A stretch of DNA of 64,000 nucleotides from Bugula neritina (Eukaryota > Animalia > Bryozoa): contig OZ037773.1 of NCBI GenBank assembly GCA_964035545.1, forward strand, positions 835,751 to 899,750, in the 5' to 3' direction. The position numbers were made by a program, and so were the translations under genes. Below are positions 49,962 through 62,924 of the stretch, in pieces (the stretch's first letter is position 1; each line of letters opens with the position of its first letter). The notes under the pieces are model-generated. The model was not told the origin of the DNA and did not search any database. It saw nothing but the letters and a program-made list of their open reading frames with translations.

Positions 49962-50560
49962 ATATATAATAGTAAAGTGAGAGTATATACAGCGTTACAA
50001 GAGTTCTCTATAAAAATAAATCTAGAGCGTAAACATTAGAAGAAATGAACTGAGATTTGATTAACATAATGACATTTATTACTAATAGTTTCGTACACAA
50101 GATGTTGTGCACTTGCCAGATAAAATTGTCATTATGATGGCTCACATGCAACTATATAATGCTGTTATAAGTAAATATACATAGAATAAAGCAAAAGGAT
50201 TGAAATATAACAAAGAGGTAGCATTAATGGATGTAATTAGCTATATCACAGCATTCTTGAGTAGAAATTTGCTGCTATGCCTGCATACAGATAAAAAGTC
50301 ATTGCGCTTGTTGAGAGAAGACAATTGTGGCTTGTATAGAATAAAATATTTCTCCCATAAGCACAGCTGGCAGCTTTTAGTGATGTTGTTATATGGCTGA
50401 GCTTTTCTGAGAATTTTCCAAGATATTGTGAAATTTAGGCCTCTGTCTTTCAAGGACCAGATGTGTTTACTTAACTCAGTTTGTAAGCGCTTGGTGGAAT
50501 GCCTGAAGGAAGCAAGATGGTTGTAGTACCTTGTCTTGAAAGCAGTAGAAGAAATACTTA
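49962..50560 (-). mobile_element. 3' fragment of a second Penelope subfamily (GIY-YIG C-terminus plus terminal repeat with degenerate hammerhead)
   Basis: ORF 50564-50241 matches the last roughly 105 aa of the 10846 ORF; hammerhead remnant near 50068-50133 has CTGGCAA in place of CTGACGA; adjacent to (TA)n at about 49828-49912. Confidence 0.9.
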
Positions 50561-51217
50561 GCATGAAATGTATAGAGTATTTTTAATAATTGAGCTTATA
50601 ACATTTATAGCTAATAAGAATATAACTAAGAAATCTCGCAGATAATCGACATTGTAGAGATTATAATTGTTATAGCACGTTTCCATAAATTATTCTATAT
50701 CAGTATAATATGACCTAAATTAAGTTTTCACTATCATTAAAAAGGGTAATTTGTACCTTTGAATAATGCTGTGGTGCTAATTAATGCATTAATTATAAAA
50801 CTTTTATAACATGGTGTTTGTATGGCTATACTCTATGTCCTGAATTACCGGTTGAACATTTACTCTGTATTCTTCCATAAACTTTCCCCCCCTACACACA
50901 CTCTCTATCCACTCCTCTCCTGCTCTCTCTATCCACTCTTTCTATATCTTATATACACTCCTTCCATACACACTCTTTACACACACACACTCTCTCCCTC
51001 CCTTCCCTTCCCTTTCCCTCTCCCTATAGAAGTAACCGAGCTTGTTGAGTATTCAATGAATAACTGTATTATAATTATTTACGTACGTTGAAAAAAAATC
51101 ACAATTACAATCAGAAAAGCAACATAAGTATCAAACGTAGAGCGCTACATGTAATTAACTAGTAATCTACTGCTACTGTCCAAGACTGCTATGGGCAGAG
51201 GAGGGCATTGCTTATAT

Positions 51218-51553
51218 TGTAGTAATTCGTGCAATTACTGTGTGTGAGTTTTCTACTTGCGTATTTAGTTGGCTATTCTTCTAGCAATTACTAGGGTAGC
51301 TGTCGAGTAATTACGTTTATTATCCACAATACAATATAAAACAAACATTACATCAAATTACACTATAACATCAGTCACTACGAACACATGTTTCTACTTC
51401 AAGAACGTGATCATTGCTAATTGCCCGGGAACTGTCACATGAGTCGGAAGCATATCTTCCGGTTCTGCTGATTGGTTACTACATAGGGGCCTTAGTATTC
51501 CCAGAACGGAGAGAAGACGATTCTTATATTAGTACACTGCGTGACTCACTACA
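51218..51553 (-). repeat. 3' LTR of the Gypsy element
   Basis: Direct repeat of 55789-56141, 17 bp shorter and with several substitutions. Confidence 0.95.
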
Positions 51554-51846
51554 CCGCCCCCCCCCAACAGAAAGCCCTACTTTCTGATAACACAAAAAAA
51601 CATACAAAGAAAACAATACAACAATCCAAAAAAAATAATACATAATTAAACCCACAAAAAGGAAGAAGAGAAATAGTTGGGTACACAAGCATATATATAT
51701 AGAAGTAGACAAGGTGGTCGAACACACACAGCTAGTCAGCTATAGAGAGAGAGGGTGCTACACAGCACGCGGGCCAATGGTCGGGGAGCTCGTCACTTCA
51801 CAGACGAGGATACATTCCACCGAGAAGGTGCCTATCCCAGGCATGC

Positions 51847-52675
51847 TCATTGGGTGAGCTCTGACTCTTGTAGTGAGCGTGATCTGTGTCGAGCCTGTCG
51901 GGCACGTAGCCTCCGCTTCAGTCGCCCTACTGAGTCCTTCAGCTGGTATAGGCCTGTCGTCGTATCCAGCAGGTCAAGGGCAAGTTGTGTAAACTCGGCT
52001 TGTAGTTTTAAAAGCCACTCTTCTACAGTAGCCAATCGGCTGGGTCCTGGTGAGGTTGTAGCAGTCGTTTCCTCTGATTCGGGGGTATTACTAGGGTTGA
52101 AAGAGGTAGTGGACGGGGCCTCAACCATAGGAGACTTATGGCGGGCAGATAACAGTAGTACTTGGAACCCTGACGCTAGTGCGGCCAGGGTGATAGCCTT
52201 CTTGATGAATGGCTTGATGGTGTCTAGGTACTGGGGGAAACTGTCCTCATCTATGATATGGCCCTCTCCGGCAAAACAGCTCAGTTTATGGACGATCACA
52301 GGGTACGGGTATACATCGTGAAATCCGCATATGCAAAAATGTAGTAGAAATTGTGCGTCTACATGCAGACGCAGGGAGCGGTGTGACGGGCACTCCTCGA
52401 AACAGACCTGACAGGTCCGGTGGGGGTCCACTTGGTCCCCAGGCTTCCTCAATCCTCCTTTCTGTCGTGGGTGACACCCAGCAATGTCGTCGACGAAGCA
52501 CCACGGGTAGGCCATTTTCCATCACTGGTTCTTCCTCCATGGGTAGAGGGGTTGGTTGGTCCCTTGACCGGGAGGTGGTCACTCGAGTGTTATCTGAAAG
52601 AGTAGCAGTGTTAAAGATTATACACTGAGGTACCGTCGGCGTGTACAGCCTGACAGGTACTCTGTTCAGTTCCAC
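51847..52675 (-). CDS. Accessory ORF of the Gypsy element: tandem zinc fingers plus coiled coil (frameshifted)
   Basis: CQVC-x12-H and FCICG-x11-H-x3-C, then heptad segment LATVEEWLLKLQAEFTQLALDLLDTTTGLYQLKDSVGRLK; homologous to 62925-64000. Confidence 0.7.
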
Positions 52676-52926
52676 TCGTGAGATTCAGGCTAATGAATAG
52701 TTGATCGAGAACACACTCGCTATGGCAGATTATTTAAAATCTAAGTCGACGTGTGTTCCCACCACTGTGTTTCATTATCGAATCTCCAGCTCGCTAACTG
52801 GCGTAGCTAGAGCTGACTGATGTAGTCTAGTTCCCGTACCAACAACATAACTAACTCACCCTTCGATCCAGAATAGTAAGACATTTTGGAATGAGAGCGG
52901 TAAATGATTAATGTTTAGTGGCACGT

Positions 52927-54543
52927 CTACACTTCCAAGGACGGAAATGGCCTTTCCTGCCTCGCCAAGTCTTTCTGAGGAGTCATGGGGGTGTTTCCGG
53001 CCAGGACGACAGTCTCCGCTTGCCAAGACCTTCTCGCGTAATGCGTCTGCCGCCCCGCTTCACCAGGGAAACGGCTATGCTTCTTGGTTTGGCAGATTTC
53101 GCACTGTCTCACTCTGCGCCGGATGTCCCGCTCCATGTTGGGCCAGTACCACCGGAGTTGTAGCTTGGTGACCACCCCCTGGACTCTTGCGTGAGTCTGC
53201 TGGTGGGTGTCCCGTATCAACTCCCGGCGGATGGGCAGACGATCCTCTCCCTCGCTGGTTGTCTGCTGTTGGCGGCCAAAGTCATGGTCAGCAGACCATC
53301 TGGCCCGATCCACAGGGAGTTCCAACGTTGACAGTACAGCCGTAACTCGGCGCATCCCTGTCTCAGTTGTCTACCACTGGGTCGTCGCCCTTCCTGTTTC
53401 GCTCGGTACACGTCGGCTACCACCCCAGGAAGGCTTTCCTGGAGTTTCGGCAGCTCCCTAACGTTACCAGCTCATACAGGTTTGGCGCGGAGGCTCTGGA
53501 CGGCCTCCGGGGGCATGTCAGCCCTCTGTTGGAGTTGGCCCGGATTCCGTGTTGGCAACGGGGATCGCGGGGGAACTCTGCTCTTCTTCTTCGGGTCCAA
53601 CCTCCTCGTGGGCTGCCGGGTAGGGGCGGTCTAAGCCGCCCGTGGTACCTCACACCGGGCCGCTCTATTCAGGCGGGCGTCATGGTCTGTGTGGCGGGGC
53701 GCCTCACTGTACCTGTGTAGCAACTTGGCCATGACATGGCGCTTTCCGTTGCCCGTATAGCCACGCGTCCCTGGAGGATGGGAGGCGTGGGTTGGGACGG
53801 TCCTCCGCCCTTGAGACGGGCTCTGCTGAGGACCTTCCGTCGTAGCTCCCAACGACGGCCCAATGGCTTCCTCCTGGACAGGATGGAAGCGGCCCAGCAT
53901 GGACCTGGGTGGTAGGTCTACCGTCTCTGAGGAGGAGTTGACGCACTGCACTGAGATCTCTCCTTGTCCCGTAAGCTGGCTTAAAGCTGTGGGCAAGTTG
54001 GATTCTCGAGTGCGTACTTTTGACAAATCCCAACCTAGAGGTCTGGCCACCGTCTACTTTGCAGCGGACGGTAGCCCAGGAGTGGCTTGGTATCGTACAG
54101 CTCCGTACTACCTGCACTCCTCCCGCTAGAGGACGACCAAACTTATCGACACAGGCGAGCTCCCTGTTTCCCATGATCATCGCAGATTTACTGAAATCGA
54201 TGCGACATCCGTGTCGTTATAAGAATGGCATCCCGAGGATAGTATCCTCGTTGAGCTGTCCGACGATACACGTCTCCTGGATGGTCTGGTTACGGACGCA
54301 ACCAGTCAGCTCAATAATGCCATAAAAGGGAATGCACGACCCGTCTGCCAGGGTGCCATGATCCCCCTCATACGGTGCCAGCCCGTCCCTGACCTTAGCG
54401 CTGCGGGTGTCAAAGAACTGACGGCTAAGGAGGTTGGCGGTGCAGCCCGGGTCCAGAAGGAAGTTGGCAGGCTTGCCAGCTAGCTTTTCTGGCAGGAAGT
54501 AGCTACTCCCGTGTGGCTGCATCTGTGTGTGCCGTGGTTGCAC
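52927..54543 (-). pseudogene. pol: Deleted pol remnant: aspartic protease (FLLDPGC), linker and integrase zinc-binding domain
   Basis: Colinear with 58640-59520 and 60850-61400 of the second element; several stops and frameshifts. Confidence 0.85.
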
Positions 54544-54805
54544 CTCCCTCGCTGTGGGTCGAGGGGTCCACGGTTGGCGATGACTGTTGACCAGCTGCCA
54601 AGGTTGAAGCAGTACGCCTTGCGGCGCCTGTACCGTTTCCCTCGCAGGCTCTAGGTCGACCGTCCGTCGGATCCGTGTCGGAGTGGCATAGAGGACCCAG
54701 GTGGCGAGTGGCTCGAACAGCCTACTTGCCGTGGGGGTCGCAACTTCGCAGCATCTTCGCGTGGCGCCCAGCGGGGCGGCCGACGCGTTGTCCTCCCTGG
54801 GTGAT

Positions 54806-55753
54806 TTACCGGCGGCCCGCAGGAGGTGGGAACATCTGCGGGCCGTGGTAGTTTAACCCTTGTTGGAGCTGAGGACAGTTCTTCTGGAAATGTCCCGACC
54901 TTCCGCATCCCCAGCAGAAGTTGTGCCCCGTGCCTGGTGATTGTGCCTGCGGCCCGCAAGGCTCACGGGCAGTATATAACTGGCTTGGAGGAGCTAATGT
55001 GGCGACCAGTTTGGCTAGCATGTCAGTCATCTGCGCGACTTTCGATGCTACCGTCATCTGGGTCACATTAGCTACCGCGGAGGGTTCTGCATTTGGTTCA
55101 GTATGAGCAATAGTGTGCTCCGTGGCCACCTGGCGGGAGGCCACGCGGTTGCGGTGCATGTGAGTTGCCAAGAGGTAGGCTTCTCCCACCGCGAGTGCAT
55201 CCTCGACCGTGGCGACTCCCCTCACTTGGAACTGATGGTGGAGCCCCAAGTCGTTGATGGACTGCACGAAGGCATCATAAGTATACCTCTCACGGTTCGC
55301 TTGAGGCAGATCGCGGAACGGGATCTGCGCCAGTGTCATCACCATGGTAGCGTGCTCCTGCAGTGGCGTGTGAGGATCACGCCGCAGCCTTTGTAGGCGG
55401 GCCTGCGCATCTATGGCGGAGATACCAAAACGGGCCCGCAGAGAAGTGAAGATCTCGTCTATGTCAGGTCCCACTCCGTATGGCTTAGCCTTGTTCATCA
55501 GCGCCATCCTAAGTTTGAGCAACGCCACCCTTGGTGGCCACCGTGCAACTTCCATCACATCTTGGAATTCCTGGATAAATTGCTCTACGGCTTCCTCGCC
55601 TGTGAAGGTGGGCGCCTTCAGCCGGTATCTGTCCTCACCGGGCTCTCTAGGAAATCTCACTTCTTCTCACACTACTGGTTCCACAGGTGTATCAACATTA
55701 TCTTCCTCACCTTCATTCAGTGGAATGGGTACCTCCGTACCGTCTTCTGCCAT
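54806..55753 (-). pseudogene. gag: Gypsy gag with CCHC zinc knuckle; early TGA stop near 55667-55669
   Basis: LKAPTFTG..VEQFI capsid-like start and CWGCGRSGHFQKNC; the frame from ATG 55753 is broken by one TGA. Confidence 0.85.
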
Positions 55754-55788
55754 GACTGTTATACGCTAGATCCCACCGCTGCCACCAC

Positions 55789-56141
55789 TGTAGTAATTCA
55801 TGCAATTACTGTGTGTGAGTTTTCTACTTGCGCATTTAGTTGGCTATTCTACTAGCAATTACTAGGGTAGCTGTTGAGTAATTACGTTTATTATCCACAA
55901 TACAATACAAAACAAACATTAAATCAAATTACACTATAACATCAGTCACTACGAACACATGTTTCTACTTCAAGCCCTCGCTTACAACAATTACGTGATC
56001 ATTGCTAATTGCCCAGGAACTGTCACATGAGTCGGAAGCATATCTTCCGGTTCTGCTGATTGGTTACTACATAGGGGCCTTAGTATTCCCAGAACAGAGA
56101 GAGGACGATTCTCATATTAGTACATTGCTTGACTCACTACA
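55789..56141 (-). repeat. 5' LTR of the Gypsy element
   Basis: Followed on the minus strand by the PBS and the gag ATG (55753). Confidence 0.95.
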
Positions 56142-58639
56142 ATATACACATAGTAGATTCCGATTGGATGACATAGATTCCAGCGGTGTCATCCATAGTT
56201 ACTAATAGGGCATCACATAGACATGCAGCAAGGGTTTGCGGAGTTGTCGTCCTTGATGTTAGTTTCAACATAATCTATAGTTATGTTTAGCAGGGGTTAC
56301 TGGGAAGCATACTTCTTCTAACCATTGCAATATCTGTCTCTGGCAAAAACAATTGTTAATTTAGCAGGGTTATGGATTTCATTGAATAAATTTGTTGAGG
56401 TTTTTTTTAATTTTACCTTTTTCGAATAATAGTGTTCAAAGTTTTATTTTGAGTAAAGGCAATGAGCATTGAGTTTTTTATTAGTACAATAAGTAGCCGT
56501 CTGTAAAGGTATTGTGGTGGTTCTTAGTAACATTGTTGTGGTAGTAGAAAGAAAACCTTTGAGGTTCAAGAAATGGAAAGAAGCAGAAGTCCAGCCTGCT
56601 ATGCATGAAGAAGTGCAGAGGCTGATAACTGCAGGTGAATTTATTCAAGAATAGTTTACAAACAGTTGCCTCACCTAAAATATCATTGAAATGAAAAGAG
56701 ATAATCATCAACTTCATACTTTTAGTAAGACGAATGCATAAAATTATTGCCATTTCAAAGAGATTTGCGCTTGAATCATTCTGTGCATGTGTGTATATTT
56801 ATGTGGTGTACTGGTTAGCACTTGCTTGGGAAATGGGGGTCTTGGGTTCCAACCCTAGCGAGGGTGGAGAGTGGGTTTCAAAAATTTTGTAACTTTTCTA
56901 CATCTTGTTAATAAACTGGTTTATCTGCATACAATTTATAACTTATAGTTTGATTTTTCTTCTTCTTCAATTATCCAACTTGTATTTGTTTTGTTTACTG
57001 TTACTTTTTGTTGGGTTATGATGAACTTTTTTATTCTTCCTCAGATGTATTGTTCTGTATAAATAACTTAGTTTTGTTTTGATAAAAAAGCTCAACAACA
57101 GTTTTATGAACTATATATGTATTAGTACCAAACACACTTACTGCATTAACTTCTAACAACTATTAATCTGTTTATGTAATTGTACAAATTAATTATTATT
57201 ATTATTTTATTGACAGCAATTTTACTTGCTGTGATTTTTGCTAATTTTCAGTATGCTATATTGTTCAGAAGAACCCTCAAATATTCAACGCACTCCTTAG
57301 ATATTGTTGGAAACCATGTTTAATATGGATTTCAGTGATCAATTGTATGATTTCAACTTTAAGTTTGGGAGGTACGTTTCATGAGTTTCAAATAAAAGTA
57401 TCTGCATCAAGGTATGCATAACTGTTACCAATTTATTGATCATTTTTTTGGTACAGAGTGTAAAATGATATTGTAGTCATTTTGAACAAAACATGAAATG
57501 AAACAGGAAAAAAACATGAAGCAAAACACAATTTTAAAAAACAAATAGTTTCAATAGCGAAATAATCTACAGAGTAAAAGATTTGAATTCCAAATGCATT
57601 TCATAGTATACAGAAATTTGGCAGTCAAGAGAGAGAACGTCAACACCCAATATCTATTTTGTTTCTTCAGTGAAAATGAGGGAGGTTTTATCAACAGCTA
57701 ATGTATCTGCAAACACACAGTGAAACTCTCATCTCATTCTTTTGGGGTCTCCTGTATTCTCATTATTTAGGAGTTTGTTTTCTGCAAATGACAATAATGT
57801 TATTTTAAACTAACGTAACACACAGACCAATCAGAAACAATTGCTTAATGATACATTTTGTGCACAGGCTCCATAAAAAATTGGCCAAGAGAAATAGTTG
57901 CATTGAATAAAACTCCAACTATAAGTTAATGCAAACCACAAATAATCCGGAAGGGCATTCATTCACTTAATGAGCAGTCATGGAAACGCAGTGTAGAGTT
58001 GAGCTGGTTGAAAAGTTTGAAGCCTAATGTTACATGGTTACATTTGAATGGAGCCAACTGTACCAGTGAGAACAATACTGTTAAAAAGTTGATAAACGCA
58101 AATTTAATTAACTAAAGATCATGATAATTTTAGTAAATAATTTGACTGTTTAATCAATTGGTTTAATATCAAATCAATTACAAACATTGCACATAAAAAT
58201 AGAAGTGACTGAATTGAAAAGTTGCTGTCAAAAGTGGAGGAATACTTATAAAGAAGTTCAGTAGATATTAATAATCAGGATACTGAAATGGGATCAAAGA
58301 GGCAATAAAATCTTGACAATCCGAAACTGAATGGGACAATATAGGTTGGATTAAGGCCAGGCGTCCGTACGGACCCAGCGGTACGCCCCCCACCAGTAGC
58401 AAACACCTCGTCGGACCAGCCAGCCAGGCTGACCGCGAGAACCTTTTTCACTGCCTCTCACTAACCGCTTCGGTCCGCTACCAGAAATGGAGCTGACCAG
58501 CGAGGCCCCTACGGGCATCGAAGGGGATCAACCCCCCCTCCGCAGGAAACTTTCACCGGCCCCGCAAACCACGGAACTAACGGGCACAGCCCCGTTCGGC
58601 CGAGACCGAGCACGCTGGGGGAATACGGGTACAACCTCA

Positions 58640-61600
58640 CGGAGATAGCTACTTCTTACCAGGGAAGGTGGCTGGCAAAGCTGTCACCTTTCTGCTAGAC
58701 TCCGGGTGTAACACTAATCTCCTCAGCCGTCGGGTCTTTGACACCCTCCCCTCTAGGGAAAGGGGAGCCTTATTTCCTTATACCGGGGAACCAGGCACCC
58801 TAGCTGACGGGTCGCGGATTCCATCCTAAGGTATTATAGAGCTGACTGGGCGCGTCCGCGACCAGGCTATCCAGGAAACCTTCGTCATCAGCCAACTCGA
58901 GGAGGATGCTACACTAGGGATGCCGTTCTTGAAGAGACACGGTTGCCGCATTGACTTAAGCAAGTCAGACATGCTGATGGCCGGCAAGGAACTCACTTGT
59001 GTCGACAAGTTCGGTCGTCCCCTAGTGGGAGGCGTGCAGGTAGTACGAAACTGTACAATACCGGGCCGCTCCCGGGCTACCATCCACTGTAGAGCGAACA
59101 ATAGCCAACTCTCGAGGTTACGGGTTGTCGAAGGTGCGCACACGAATATCCAACTCGCCAGCAGTCTCAACCGACTGACTGATCGAGAAGAAATCTTGGT
59201 GCAGTGTGTCAACCCCTTCTCCGAAGTGGTACAATTACCGTCAGGATCCATGCTGGGCCGGTTCTACTTCATCCAGGAGAAGGATATAGGGCCGTCGCTG
59301 GGAGCAGCGACGGAAGGTCCCCAACAGAGCCCGTCAGTTAGGCGGGGACCGTCCCACAACACGTCCAAGAGCTATATCAGACAGCGTGTGACGGCTGCGC
59401 GAGCAACGGAGAGCGCCAAGCTATGGCCCAGTTGCTACGTGAATATAGCGACGTGTTCAGCAGTGGGGACCATGACGTAGGCCTAACGACGGCCGTCCGT
59501 CATGAGATACCGCTGGCTGCCGGGACTGCCCCTATCCGACAGCCCACTCGGAGATTGGGACCTGAGAAGGAAAAGGAGGTCAGCCAACAAGTCCGGGATC
59601 TTTTGGACCGCGACCTCATAGAGCCAGCACATAGTGCGTGGAGCTCGCCGGTCGTCCTGGTCAGAAAGAAAGACGGCAGTTGGCGGTTCTGTGTGGATTA
59701 TCGCAAACTAAATAGCGTGACCATACAGGACGTCTACCCCTTACCCAGGATCGACGAATCTCTGAACGCCTTAGCCGGCAGCAAGTACTTCAGTACGCTA
59801 GACTTGCTGAGCGGTTACCGGCAGGTCCCCCTCAGTCCCGACGCCCAGGAGAAGGCGGCGTTCATCACACGGGACGGCTTCTGAAAGTGGAAAGTCCTCT
59901 CCTTTATACTGACTTCCGCCCCCGCCACGTTCCAGAGCCTCATGGAACAGGTCCTCAGTGGACTCCACTGGAAAACACTGCTGGTATACCTCGATGACGT
60001 CATCGTGATCTTCCCAGACTTCCAGACACACATCAGTCGTCTGCGGGAGGTCTTCGAATGACTCAGAGGTGCCAACCTGAAGCTCAAACCCTCTAAGTGC
60101 GCTCGACGGATCCGAAAAGGTACGAGCTATAGAAGATTGGGTCACCCCCCAGGATTTGACCGGACTTCGGGCACTCCTCGGGTTGGTGGGGTATTACCGG
60201 CAATACATACCAGATTTTGCTGGGGGTAGCGCAGCCATTAAATCGGCTCACCGCAAAGGGGGTGACCTGGCAGTGGACTTCCGTCGAACAGAGGACGTTC
60301 GACTGCCTCAAGGGCCGCCTACTAGAGGCCCCATCTTAGCCTACCCAGACCCTGCCCTGGAGTACATCCTGGATACTGACGCCAGTGACCAAAACGTCGG
60401 CGCTGTGCTGTCCCAGGTGCAGGAGGGCCGCGAAGTAGTCGTGGCCTACTACAGCAAGTCTCTCTCACCCACCGAACGAAATCACTGCACTACACGAAAA
60501 GAACTGCTGGCAGTAATCAAGTCGGTGAAGCACTTCAGACCTTATCTGTACGGCAGAAAGTTCCGGCTGCGGACCAACCATGCCTCCTTGATTTGGTTGT
60601 GCAAGAGAGCAGAACCGTCCAGCCAGGTCGCCAGGTGGCTCGAGGTCCTGGCCGTGTTCTCTTACCGGATCGAACATCGGCCCGGTAAGAAACACGGCAA
60701 TGCCGACTGACTGAGCCGGCGACCGGACGAAGGGTGTAAACAGTGCCTCAACATTGAGAAGAGGGACGGGGGTCCCCCAAAATCTGAGTTGAGAGCACTG
60801 AACCACCCTGGAATGGAGTATGACTGGGACCAGGGTCAACTACAACAGAAGGCCGATACGCCTCCGGAGACTATCCAGAGTCTCCGCGCCAATCCTGTCT
60901 TGACTGGCAACGTCAGAGAGCTACAAAAAGTCCAGGAAGACCTCCCAGGGGTAGTAACCAATGTGTATCGGGCCAAGAAGGAGGGGCGACGACCCAGCGA
61001 AGAACAACTGCGGCAGGGATGCGCCGAGTAACGGCTGTACTGCCAACGTTGGGACTCCCTGCGGATCGGGCCGGATGGTCTGCAGACCATGACAGTAGCC
61101 GCCTACAACAGCCAATAAGGGAGAGAGAGGATGGTCTGCCTAGCCGCCATTCGCCTGGAGTTAGTATGGGACACCCACAAACAGGCTCAAGCAGGGGTCA
61201 AAAGGGTGCTCGCCAGAATACAGCTCCGGTGGTACTGGCCCGGCATGTGGCGTGACGTACGGCTCAGAGTCAAGCAGTGCGAAATCTGCAAGGCCAGCAA
61301 GCATGGCCGTCTCCCTGGCGAAGCGGGACGGCGTAGGCTATATGCTGGAAGGCCATGGCAAGTGGTAGCTGTTGACCTGGTTGGACCCATACCCCTCACC
61401 CCCAGAGGAAACAGTTGAATCCTAGTATTAACCGACCACTTTACCAGGTGGGCCAACGCTCTGGCTATTCCAGATGCGTCCGCCCGGACGGTGGCCAGGG
61501 TGCTAGACCAAAATGTATTCTGCTACCTCGGACTACTAGAGCAGATACATTCGGACCAGGGGGCTCAATTCCAGTCTCAACTGTTGAGTGACCTCTGCCG

Positions 61601-62859
61601 CCTTTGGGGAGTAAACCAAAGCAGAACCACTCCATACCATCCTCAGGGCAATGGGGTGGTAGAACGCAACAACCGCATGTTGGGCGACACACTCCGCAGT
61701 CTGCTCCTCGGCCGGGGTCAGGAGGAATGGGATACGGTACTACCGCAAAATATGCAGGCCTACCGTAGTACATCACATACCAGTACGGGGGAGACCCCTA
61801 ACCCCCGGATGCTTGGTCGAGAGACGCGAGTGCCCGACCACCTCGCATACCACACCCCCGAACAAGACTATACCATCCACGAGTATGCCAGCAAATTGAT
61901 AGAGGACCTGAGGGCCGCACACAAAATACTGCGAGCAAAGCAGTGGCAGGTACGGCAAGAGGACTTTCAGGAACCACCCCTCTATCAAATTGGGGACTAG
62001 ATGTGGATGGTCAACTACCGTAGGCGTCGAGGACATGCGGCTAAGCTCCAGCCTAAGTTCGTGGGATACTACGTGGTAGTTGAGGCGATACCCAATCATA
62101 CATACAAGTTGGAGCGTTCTGGACGGGTCTCTGTCCAGAATGAAGCCCGCTTGAAATCGTATTGGTCTAGCCCAGGAGCAGCAGGAGAAGCCCCCCCCAT
62201 TGTTGGAGCCCAGGAGGCAGACAGCAACGCGCGGGCGGCAACGGCATGGACCAGAATACGAAGTGGTTGTGCCGCGGGAAGAGGACTTGGTAAGGCAGGA
62301 AAGGCCACTTTCATCAACGGAAGTGCGCCCACCGCCCCCAATACCAAGTCTACCCCCACCACTTCCGAATCCGCATCCGGAAGTGCAAAACCCCCCCGTG
62401 GAAGGGGCTCCATCCGGAGACAATGTCGAGGAAGAAAATACCATCACCAACGACGGGCCAGAAACACCACAGGTGGAGCAAAATAGCCCACTAGTGAGTA
62501 CACCGCCCCGGCCAACAACCACACCATCCTCCCCAGCTAGTACGTCACCTCCCCTGGAATGGGGACAGCGTACTAGACAACCCTCAGCATACTTGAAAGC
62601 CTTCGTTTGTGACCGCGTTACAAACGGCAGTTACGAAAGTCTAGCTGGGCACTGTACGGAAAGACTGGCAGCAAAACGTGGGAGTTGTGAAGACCACGGG
62701 AATACTAACTTTTGCGAAGGCGGAGTAGTAGACAAAACTACTACGCTCGAGGCAAATAGTTCCAGCCGTGCGCAGCAAACACGCTGCCCAGCCTTTTCCT
62801 ACGCTGACATCGCCAAGGGCAGACGTATCCAAATCCAATCCACTAACATTCAAGCTTGA
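58640..62859 (+). pseudogene. pol: Gypsy pol (PR-RT-RNase H-IN), disrupted
   Basis: Consecutive ORF fragments 58920, 59423, 60156, 60789, 61131, 61491, 62001 and 62200. Confidence 0.92.
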
Positions 62860-62924
62860 ACGCTGAGTATGATTTCAAATGCCGGGTTCCTAGGTGAGCT
62901 TGCTCTGACCTAACATTCTCACTC

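Larger units (their letters stand above)
51218..56141 (-). mobile_element. Internally deleted Ty3/Gypsy LTR retrotransposon with both LTRs
   Basis: LTRs 51218-51553 and 55789-56141 (TGTAGT...ACTACA); 4-bp TSD ATAT; PBS TGGTGGCAGCGGTGGGAT at 55787-55770 (matches a tRNA-Leu 3' end); G-run PPT next to 51554; gag, protease and integrase zinc domain present; RT, RNase H and integrase core absent. Confidence 0.95.

Noticed and set aside
45803-49980. (IY)n ORFs
   Set aside because: Translations of (TA)n microsatellites.
51755-55855. Numerous plus-strand ORFs across the first Gypsy element (and minus-strand ORFs across the second)
   Set aside because: GC-rich antisense frames without recognisable motifs.
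57880-58350. Possible decayed pogo/Tigger CENP-B-type HTH fragment upstream of the second Gypsy element
   Set aside because: Resemblance is faint and interrupted by stops; needs a translated homology search.
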